Assembly: GCA_038087875.1 (NCBI GenBank)
Contig: CM075998.1
Coordinates: 3,102,001-3,166,000, forward strand
DNA from: Malacoraja senta
Lineage: Eukaryota
DNA length: 64,000 nucleotides
Direction: 5' to 3'
The notes below the pieces were generated by a model. The model had not been told where the DNA came from and made no database searches. It worked only from the letters and a program-made list of their open reading frames with translations. Below, in pieces: positions 54,081-64,000 of the stretch. Position numbers and translations under genes: made by a program. Every line of letters begins with the position of its first letter. The first letter of the stretch is position 1.

Positions 54081-54595
54081 TAATCCTAATTTGAGGAAGG
54101 CCAGCAGTGCAGCGTAGGTTCACGAGATTGATCCCTGGGATGGCGGGACTGTCATAGGAGGACAGATTGAAAAGACTAGGCTTGTTTTCACTGGAGTTTA
54201 GAAGGATGAGGGGGTGGGGGATTTTATAGAAACATATAAAATTATAAAAGGACTGGACAAGCTAGATGCAGGAAAAAATGTTCCCAATGTTGGGCGAGTC
54301 CAGAACCAGGGGCCACACAGTCTTAGAATAAACGGGAGGCCATTTAAGACTGAGGTGAGAAAAAACCTTTTCACCCAGAGAGTTGTGAATTTGTGGAATT
54401 CCCTGCCACAGAGGGCAGTGGAGGTTAAATCACTGGATGGATTTAAGAGAGAGTTAGATAGAGCTCTTGGGGCTAGTGGAATCAAGGGATATGGGGAGAA
54501 GGCAGGCACGGGTTATTGATTGGGGATGATCAGCCATGATCACAATGACTCGAAGGGCCGAATGGCCTCCTCCTGCACCTATTTTCTATGTTTCT
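54081..54595 (+). mobile_element. CR1 LINE 3' fragment in FAIM2 intron 1
   Basis: IETYKIIKGLDKLD...FTQRVVNLWNSLP plus tail. Confidence 0.85.
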
Positions 54596-55501
54596 AATTA
54601 GAGGTAGACACAAAATGCTGGAGTAACTCAGCGGGCCTCGACCCGAAACGTCACCCATTCCTTCTCTCCATAGATGCTGCCTCACCCGCTGAATTACTCC
54701 AGCATTTTGCGTCTGCCTTCGATTTCATCCAGCATCTGCAGTTCTTTCTGACACATATTATTTATTAATTAGTTAGGTTGTTAAAAATGACAATGCTAGG
54801 TGGTTATATGGTGCCGGCCATATTCAGTGGTGTATATTCGGTTCCCTGCCTCCAGTCTCCCTCTCCCCCTGACTCTCAGTCTGAAGAAGGGTCTCGACCC
54901 GAAACGTCACCCATTCCTTCTCTCCAGAGATGCTGCCTGTCCCGCTGAGTTACTCCAGCTTTTTGTGTCTGTCTTCGGTTTAAACCAGCATAAGGTCATA
55001 AGGAGTAGAATTAGGCCATTCGGCCCATCAAGCCTACTCTGCCATTCAATCATGGCTGATCTATCTCTCCTTCCCTCCTCGCCCCATTCTCCTGCCTTCT
55101 CCCCACAACCCCTGACACCCGTCCGAATCAAGATATTCCCCTTCACCTTAAACCCGTGTCCTCTGGTCCTCGATCCCCCTACTCTAATCAAGAGACCTTG
55201 TGAGTCTACCCTGATCTATTCCTCTCCTGATTTTCTACATCTCTATAAGATCTCCCCTCATCCTCCAGCGCTCCAAGGAATAGAGTCCCAGCCTGCTCAA
55301 CCTCTCCCTGTAGCTCAGCCCCTCGAGTCCTGGCAACATCCTTGTAATGTCCTGGCAACACCCCACATCATCGCCAGGACAACGGGCCTTCATGGTCAGG
55401 TCAAGAACCCAGCCTTGTGAAGTCCTGGCAGCACCTTCTACGTTGCCAGGACAACGGGCCTTCACGGTCAGGTCAAGAACCCAGCCTGCTCAACCTCTCC
55501 T

Positions 55502-56130
55502 TATAACCATATAACAATTACAGCACGGAAACAGGCCATCTCGGCCCTTCTAGTCCGAGCCGAACACTTACTCTCACCTAGTCCCATCTACCTGCACTCA
55601 GACCATAACCCTCCATTCCCTTCCCGTCCATATACCTATCCAATTTATTTTTAAATGATAAAATCGAACCTGCCTCCACCACTTCCACTGGAAGCTCATT
55701 CCACACAGCTACCACTCTCTGAGTAAAGAAGTTCCCCCTCATGTTACCCCTGAACTTTTGTCCCTTAATTCTCAAATCATGTCCCCTTGTTTGAATCTTC
55801 CCTACTCTCAATGGAAAAAGCTTATCCACGTCAACTCTGTCTATCCCTCTCATAATTTTAAAGACCTCTATCAAGTCCCATCTTAACCTTCTGCGCTCCA
55901 AAGAATAAAGACCTAACTTGTTCAACCTTTCTCTGTGACTTAGGTGCTGAAACCCAGGCAACATTCTCGTAAATCTCCTCTGTACTCTCTCTATTTTGTT
56001 GACATCTTTCCTATGATTCGGCGACCAAAATTGTACACCATACTCCAGAATTGGCCTCACCAATGCCTTGTATAATTTTAACATTACATCCCAACTTCTA
56101 TACTCAATGCTCTGATTTATAAAGGCCAGC
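55502..56130 (-). mobile_element. CR1 LINE 3' fragment, second subfamily
   Basis: LKLYKALVRPILEYGVQFWSP...FFTQRVVAVWNELP...FKNKLDRYM. Confidence 0.88.
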
Positions 56131-56333
56131 GCACCAAACTCAGACCCTCCAGTCTTGGCAACAACATCCTCGTAAATCTTCTCTCTGCGCCCTTTCCACC
56201 ATCTTGACAACATCTTTCCTACAACATGGGGACTGGGAGTGGGACTACTCTGGGCACTGTGTGCATCCACCCCGTTCGACTCCTCTGGCGATTTGTGCTG
56301 TGTCTAACTGTGCTTTCTGTTTTGTGCCTCCAG

Positions 56334-56514
56334 CTCTTTGCCATGGGCAAGACGGCGAACACAGACGGCGAACAGGGGGTGGACCCCGAGAAACAGGAGC
56401 CTGTGGACCCCGCGACTGCGCCACCCACCTACGAGGAGGCCACGTCGAGCTGCAAGGTGAACAGCCCCTCTACCTCGGTGCCCATGCACCCCAGCTGGGC
56501 CTATGTGGATCCCA
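56334..56514 (+). CDS. FAIM2: FAIM2 exon 2 (181 nt)
   Basis: cag|CTC TTT GCC...; LFAMGKTANTDGEQGVDPEKQEPVDPATAPPTYEEATSSCKVNSPSTSVPMHPSWAYVDP; donor A|gtaagt. PPxYEEA and HPSWAYVDP are FAIM2 motifs. Confidence 0.9.
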
Positions 56515-57156
56515 GTAAGTCCAGCCTTGGCAGTCGCGGCCTCTCGGGAGTTGTGCTTCGCTTCTCAGTACCCAGCCCCCAACCCCCCACCCCCCCCCCC
56601 TGCCCCTTGACCTCCGAAGTCTGGAGGAGTCTGAAGACAGACACAAACTGCTGGAGTAACTCAGCGGGACAGGCAGCATCTCTGGAGAGAAGGAACAGGC
56701 GACGTTGCGGGTCGAGACCCTTCTTCAGATTAATTTGTGAAGTCAGGGTCTGACGAAGGGTCCCTACCTACCCCCAAGACATCACCCCTCCTCTTCCTCC
56801 AGAGATTCTAGGAGAGTCCAGGACCAGAGGTCGTAGCCTCAGAATTCAAGGACATTCTTGTCGGAAGGAGATGAGGAGGAATTTCTTTAGTCAGAGGGTG
56901 GTGAATCTGTGGAATTCATTGCCACAGACGGCTGTGGAGGCCAAGTCAGTGGATATATTTAAGCAGAGATAGATAGATTCTTGATTAGTACGGGTGTCAG
57001 GGGTTATGGGGAGAAGGCAGGAGAATGGGGTTAGGAGGGAGAGATAGATCAGCCGTGATTAAATGGCGGAGTAGACTTGAAGGGCCGAATGGCCTAATTC
57101 TGCTGCTCGAACCTTTGAACTTATGGTGTATTTTCCACCTCTCTCCCCCTCTGTAG

Positions 57157-57260
57157 GCCGAAGCCCCAGTTATGGAAGCGGGGGTTACTCTGGAGAGAGC
57201 GAGATATTTTCCTCGTTCAGCTGGGACGACAAGAATGTTCGCCGGATCTTCATCAGAAAG
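57157..57260 (+). CDS. FAIM2: FAIM2 exon 3 (104 nt)
   Basis: tag|GC CGA...; SRSPSYGSGGYSGESEIFSSFSWDDKNVRRIFIRK; donor |gtaatg; phase matches exon 2. Confidence 0.9.
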
Positions 57261-58426
57261 GTAATGGGGCTAAACACCGGAGGGGGGTTTACCGCATTAC
57301 CGCAGGAGATACAGCCAAGTGCAGCTGTCTTTTTGTTCCCCCTCCCCTCCCTTCCCATTTTTTTGGTCATTATTCTTACTTTCCTGGGGTCGGCACGGGT
57401 GGCCAGGCGGTAGGGTTTTGCCAGCTCAAGGCCCGGGTTCCATCCCAACCACGGGTGCTGTCTGCACGGAGTCTGCAGGTGACCTGCGTGGTTTTTTTCC
57501 CGAGATCTTCGGTTCCCCCCCCACGCTCCAAAGACGTAAGGTTTGTAGGCTAATTGGCTTGGTCAAAACGTTAAAATGTCCCCTAGTGTGTGTGTGTAGG
57601 ATATGTGTTAATGTGCGGGGATCGCTGGTCGGCGCGGACCCGGTGGGCCGAAGGGCCTGTTTCCGCGCTGTATCTCTAAACTAACGGACCTCGCCTAAGC
57701 AGGGCACAAGAGTCGCCACGCTTCTGGCGCCGACAACGTTCCGAACTCATCTTTCCTCTGGTTGTGGGGATGATCAGCCATGATCACAGTGAATGGCGGT
57801 GCTGGCTCGAAGGGCCGAATGACCTCCTCCTGCACCTATTGTCTATTGTCTATTGCTTTCCTTTCCTGTTTTGATCTGCCCTTGGAGACACTGGAGAGCT
57901 GGAAAAGGCTGGACAGAAGGCAACAGCAGACCATTCGGCCCATTTGGTCCTCAGACTATCAGCCATCTATTCATTCATCCAGCTTTCTATCCTCTTGCAT
58001 CCCAGCTCTCCCAGCCCCCCAAAATCCAGATGTTCTTGTCACCATCCGACTCTGGGAATAGAGCACAACGTGCCCTCTGGTCCTGGACTCTCCCACTAGT
58101 GGAAACATCCTCTCCACATCCACTCTATCCAGGCCTTTCGCTATTCTGTACGTTTCAACGAGGTCCCCCCCTCGTCCTTCTAAACTCCGGCAAGTACAGG
58201 CCCAGTGCTGACAAACGCTCATCGTACGTTAACCCGCTCGTTCCTGGGATCGTTTTTTTTGTGAGAGAAAACCTTTATTTATTTCTATGCGAGTTTGAAA
58301 GTGGTTGGTGAAAATGTGGCTGCTGATTTTGTCTCAGTGTAACCTCAAGCCCAGCGCTGGTTTTGTCTCTGCTGTTCGTTGCCAGAGGCTGATGTCTTTG
58401 ATGTTCTCCTCCTCCCCCTTCCGCAG

Positions 58427-58491
58427 GTCTACATCATCCTGATGGTTCAGCTCTCCTTCACGGCCGCCATCATCGCCCTCTTCACCTTCTG
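58427..58491 (+). CDS. FAIM2: FAIM2 exon 4 (65 nt; first transmembrane helix)
   Basis: cag|GTC TAC...; VYIILMVQLSFTAAIIALFTF; donor TG|gtaggt. Confidence 0.9.
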
Positions 58492-58560
58492 GTAGGTGGG
58501 CGGGGGGGGGGGAGGGTTACAGTTTTTGTCCCTGTAGCCGTGCTTTGTTATTGTGCTGCT

Positions 58561-58770
58561 CATCCATTCATTGGCTTCCAATGACTCCATTGCCATTCAT
58601 TGGCTTCCAATGACCATTGCCATTCATTGGCTTCCATTGTTGCTCCATTGCCATTCATTGGCTTCCAATGACCATTGCCATTCATTGGCTTCCATTGTTG
58701 CTCCATTGCCATTCATTGGCTTCCAATGACTCCATTGCCATTCATTGGCTTCCAATGTTGCTCCATTGCC
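58561..58770. repeat. minisatellite, ~27-30-bp unit CCATTGCCATTCATTGGCTTCCAATGA
   Basis: About 7 tandem units in FAIM2 intron 4. Confidence 0.9.
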
Positions 58771-58817
58771 GCGTCATGCTTTGTGTTTGCTCACGAGCCG
58801 GTAGAATCGCACGGGGA

Positions 58818-59138
58818 CGCACGGTGGCGCAGCGGGTAGAGCTGCTGCCTCGCAGCGCCGGAGACACGGGTTCCATCCCGACCACGGGCGCCGTCTGTAC
58901 GGAGTTTGCACGTTCTCCCCCCGTGACCCGCGTGGGTTTTCTCCGAGATCTTCGGTTTCCTCCCGCGCTCCAAAGACGTGCATGTTTGTCGGCTAGTTGG
59001 CTTGGTATAAATGTAAAATAAAATGTCCCTAATGTGTGTGTGTGTGTGTGTGTAGGATAGTGTTAGTGCGCGGGGATCGCTGGTCGGCGCGGACCTGGTG
59101 GGCCGAAGGGCCTGTTTCCGCGCTGTATCTCTAAACTA
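58818..59138 (+). mobile_element. HE1-type V-SINE in FAIM2 intron 4
   Basis: A/B boxes, V-domain and tail. Confidence 0.82.
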
Positions 59139-59324
59139 ACGGACCTCGCCTAAGCAGGGCACAAGAGTCGCCACGTTTCTGGCGCCGACAATCTTCCGAA
59201 CGTTCACCGGACGGCGCTGTGTACTGCCCGCCGCGGCACGTGGTAGCAGCCTCACCGCCCCCGCCCCCCTCTCTCTGACAGCCCCCGCTCTCTCTGACAG
59301 CCCCCTCTCTCTCTCCAATGGCTC

Positions 59325-59524
59325 NNNNNNNNNNNNNNNNNNNNNNNNNNNNNNNNNNNNNNNNNNNNNNNNNNNNNNNNNNNNNNNNNNNNNNNNNNNN
59401 NNNNNNNNNNNNNNNNNNNNNNNNNNNNNNNNNNNNNNNNNNNNNNNNNNNNNNNNNNNNNNNNNNNNNNNNNNNNNNNNNNNNNNNNNNNNNNNNNNNN
59501 NNNNNNNNNNNNNNNNNNNNNNNN
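59325..59524. other. assembly gap (200 N)
   Basis: Run of N. Confidence 1.
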
Positions 59525-62500
59525 CCTCAATTTCTAATCATCCAAGCTTCCTTACAACCTATCTTGCCTTTAATTTGAGAACGCCTGAGACCCGGGTTCG
59601 ATCCCGACTATGGGTGCTGTCTGTACGGAGTTTGTACGCTCTCCCCGTGACCTGCGTGGGTTTTCTCCGAGATCTTCGGTTTCCTCCCACACTCCAAAGA
59701 CGTACAGGTTTGTAGGTTAATTGGCTTGGTGTAAATGTAAAATTGTTCCTAGTGTGTGTAGGGTGGTGTTAGTGTGCGGGGATTGCTGGTCGGTGCGGAC
59801 TCGGTGGGCCAAAGGGCCTGTTTCCGCGCTGTATCTTAAACTGAGAGGGGACTGGGGCTGGAACTAAGGATATTCTAAGTTATTTGTCGATGCTTCAGTG
59901 AAGATATTTTTAAAACAAAGGAAATGAAAGCAAAAAAACCAGGTTGGATACAAAAATAAAGTTCCCTCTACCCTGTCATTTCACTAAGTTCCTCCCACGA
60001 CACCAACAGCTCTTTGAGTGGCTGTGTCACATTGTTCAGTAATGCTGCCAAGAGGTGCCTTCAGACATAGAACGCAGAACAGTACAGCACAGGAATAGGC
60101 CATTCGGCCCACAATGTCCATGCCGAACATGATGCCAAGACAAACCTTTATCTGCCTGCACGTGATCCATATCCCTCCATAGCCATGTGCCTATGTACAC
60201 GTCTCTTAAATGCCACTATCGTATCGACCACCACCACCACCCCACGGCAGCTAGTTTCAGGCACCCGCCACCCTCTGTGTAAAACCTCGCCTCAGACATC
60301 TCCTAAACCTTGGCCCTCTCACCCATGCCCTTGTGGCATCTTTGCTCTAGAGTCATTCAGATACAGGAAACCGGCCCTTCTGCCCAACCTGCACATGCCG
60401 ACCAAGATGCCCCATCTACACTAGACCCACCTGCCCACATTTGGCCCACATCCCACTAAGCCGTTCCTATCTATGTACCTGTCCAAATGCCTTTTAAGTG
60501 ATATTATAGTACCTGCCTCATCTACCTTCTCTGGCAGCTCGTTCCATATATCCGCCACCCTTTCCCCTCTCTTCTTAAACCCATGTCTCTGGTTCCACTG
60601 TCGGTTCCCCTACTCTGAGTAAAAGACTCTGCATGTACCCAATCTATTCCCCTCGTGATCTTATACACCTCTATAAGTTGACCCCCCTCAGCCAAGGAAT
60701 AAAGTCCTAGCCTGCCCAACCTCACCCTATAGCTGAGGCCCTCAAGTCCTGGCAACATCCTTGTAAATGTTCTCTGCATTCTTTCCAGTTAACAACATCC
60801 TTGCAGAAACAAGGAACTGCAGATGCTGGTTAAAACGTAAAAGGACACCAAGTGCTGGAGTAACTCAGCAGGTCAGGCAGCATCTCTGGGGAACATGGAT
60901 TGGTGACGTTTCAGGTTGAGATCCTTCTTCAGACTGAACATTAGCCACCCTTCTGGTACCTCACCCATGTCTGATGATGATTCATGTATCTCAGCCAGGG
61001 CAACTGAATTTTTTTCTCTCCAGCTTCCTGCAGTGTCTTCAGATATATCTGACCTGGCCCAGGAGAGTTCTCTACATTCATATGCCTTAGGACGTTTAGC
61101 ACCTCCTCAACTGTAATATGGACCGTCTTCAAGTTAGATAGAGCTCTAGGGGCTAGTGGAATCAAGGGATATGGGGAGAAGGCAGACACGGGCTATTGAT
61201 TGGGGATGATCAGCCACGATCACAATGAATGTCTTGAAGGGCCGAATGGCCTCCACCTGCACCTACTTTCTATGTCTATGTCAAGTTCTACACTCTTCAT
61301 GTCTTTATCCACTGTAAAAACAGAGGAGAAATACTCATCGAGGACTTTGGCCATCTCCTGTGGTTCCACCCAGAGATGACCGCTTTGGTTTATGAGGAGC
61401 GTTACTCTATATCTAGTCACCCTCTAGTATAGGTGTCATGGATTAATACAGTGTGGAAACAGGCCCTTCGGCCCAACTCGCCCACACCGGCCAACAATGT
61501 CCCAGCTACACTAGTCCTACTTGCCTGCACTTGGTCCATATCCCTCCAAACCTGTCCTACCCATGTACCTGTCTAACTGTTTCTTAAACGATGGGATAGT
61601 CCCAGCCTCAACTACCTCCTCTGGCAGCTCGTTCCATACACCCACCACCCATTGTGTGAAAAAGTGACCCCTCGGATTCCTATTAAATCTTTTCCCCTTC
61701 ACCTTGAACCCATGTCCTCTGGTCCTCAATTCCCCCACTCAGAAGCTGTAAAGTTTGTTTAGTTTGCGGACTTCCCACGAGAAACAATAAGAACCCTTGG
61801 TCATGGGCAGAGCTGGCAGATAAGGTCATAAGTGATAGGAGCAGAATTAGGCCATGCGGCCCATCAAGTCTACTCCGCCATTCAATCATGGCTGATCTAT
61901 CTCTCCCTCCTAACCCCATTCTCCTGCCTTCTCCCCATAACCCCTGACACCCGCACTAATCAAGAATCTATCTATCTCTGCCTTAAAAATATCCACTGAC
62001 TTGGCCTCCACACCGTCTGTGGCAATGAATTTCACATTCACCACCCTTGTGAATAAAGAAATTCCTCCTCATCTCCTTCATTTAATTCTGAAGCTATAAC
62101 TTCTGGTCCTAGACTCCCCAACGGGTGGAAACATCCTCTCCACATCCACTCTATCCAAGCCTTTCACTATTTTCGGTAAGTTTCACTATTCGGTGAGTTT
62201 CAATGAGTTTCATCAGATAGCATTGATTTAGTGAGGGCACAGGGTCAGGGGTTGAAGAGAAGAAGCCCACCATCTTGAACCCAATCCCATTGTTTCCATC
62301 ACTTTGAAGACCAGTCTGTTGAGCTCAGTCAAAAGGCTCCATAGCATCCAGCAAACTAACAAGGCGGGGTTACTCAAAGTTCAAGAGTCCTGTTTAATGC
62401 TGAGAAAGCATCAAATGTTCTTAATAGCTTCTCCCTTTCAGTAGGTCATTTGGATCCTTAACACTGAGCAAGGTAATTTTCCACTCAGATATGAAAGTAA

Positions 62501-64000
62501 TTAGCAAGTCTAAAGGTTGAGTACATAGGACTATAGACCTGTCATTACCTGTCATGCCAGCAATGAGACATAGCACAGGTCTGTAGGACAACCAACATGC
62601 CAATAAAATAAGGTGAAGCTTGCAAAGCCAACATGAAACCTGGTGACATCTCATGGGTTTTGTAAAGGCAATCAGGAAGGTTCTGCCCAACTTGGGAGAG
62701 TGTTGCGAGCTCATCTTGGAGCTCTCTGGTTGCCCGGTGAGTGAAACCTTCAATAGGTCAACCACCCCAAATTTCAGGGATTGCATCAGTTCTACCTACC
62801 TTCCAGACCTGGCACTGGACCCAACAAAGGCTACCTGGCTCAGTGTTCCAGAGCTAGCTGTGCTTCCAGCCAACCTGCTCCTGTGTACTATAGATCGATG
62901 TTCCACAGTACATTCTAATTTTCCAGCATTCTGCTGATAGCCTTCTCTGCCTTGGTGTTTCAAGAGCTCACTGAGATTCCCTCTCAGGTAGTGTATTCCA
63001 AGTTGCCAACCCCCCTCTTTGGGAAGGTGGACAAAATGCTGGAGAAACTCAGCGGGTGAGGCAGCATCTATGGAGTGAAGGAATAGGTGACGTTTCGCGT
63101 CGAGACCCTTCAAACTCATTGCCATGTTAACAGTGGCATGAGCTGGACAGATGTTAAACATTTCCTTGCCTGCATCAAATATGGAGCCGCCTTTACAGGA
63201 GGAACATATTTGACTGTACTGAAGTGACATTTTCATTTTTGAAATGAATTCTCATATGGCAGACATTATTGGAATATATTTTCCATTCCTAACACCTTCA
63301 AATCTCTATTGGGCTCTTGCACCCAATGGTTAGATCTTCCCATAGTATTAGTTGAGGAATTGTTAGGCATTAGCTGAGGAATTCCAGGAATTCGGCCCAT
63401 CGGCCGATGCTGGTTTACACCGAGGATAGGCACGAAATGCTGGAGTAACTCAGCGGGTCAGCCAACATCTCTGGAGAGAAAGGAATAGGTAACGTTTTGG
63501 GTCGCGACCCTTCTTCAGACCCCTGAAGAAGGATCTGGACCCGAAATGTCACCTATCCCTTTCCTCCAGAGATGCTGCCTGACCAGCTGAGTTACTCCAG
63601 CATTTTGTGTCTCTCCTCGATATGAGGGAGTGACATTATATTAAGTCAGGGGAAGTCAGCAGGAAATGGAGTTGGCGTTCTTTGCTTTGAATTTCTACCA
63701 GGTAGCAGGTAGTGCAAGGTGCTATGGATGAAACCTTGTTGAGACACCACCTTGGACCTTCTAGTTAGTACACATGCAGTCACCAATGGTGGAGGGAGTG
63801 AATGTTGAAGGTGCAGGAAATCATTCCAGACAAGTGGCCTGGATGATCCAGTGCTTTGTAGTTGTACCTAGGTGGAGATAATTCCATCCTACAGGGATCT
63901 TATAAGATTGGGAAGGGTTTCCAGAGTCAGATGAGTCACTTGAAGGAGAATAATGCGCAGCTTCTGACCTGCTCTTGTTGGCTATTCAGTTAGGTTTCTG

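Noticed and set aside
56343..56345. ATG (MGKTAN) as the FAIM2 start
   Set aside because: An in-phase upstream MTQGK exon and a good acceptor at 56333 explain it; internal initiation is not excluded.
62421..63236. ORFs after the second gap
   Set aside because: No recognisable domains; partly repeat-derived.

Overview
Vertebrate genomic DNA, most likely elasmobranch (skate/ray), inferred from dense HE1-type V-SINEs, CR1 LINEs, Rex/Babar-like LINEs and Penelope-derived repeats. Three contigs are joined by two 200-N gaps (16928-17127, 59325-59524). Genes: two tandem minus-strand 4-exon alpha-tubulin genes, an intact 451-aa TUBA1B-like copy (1520-4684) and a TUBA1A-like copy (12341-15754) with five 1-nt deletions that are probably sequencing errors; exon 1 of an ITGA5-like integrin alpha (minus strand, 17208-17392); and exons 1-4 of FAIM2 (plus strand, 51534-58491). 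All are orthologs of human 12q13 genes. The most notable observation is a ~140-bp TSD-flanked retroposon (two copies) whose 5' end folds into a minimal HDV/CPEB3-like ribozyme. Also notable: a minimal hammerhead motif in the abundant Penelope-derived repeat; gene conversion between the tubulin paralogs that spares a divergent island at codon 232; a Passport-like Tc1 transposon fused to a 425-bp duplication; and nested L1-type insertions. Everything was read by eye, repeat boundaries are approximate, and no searches were run.
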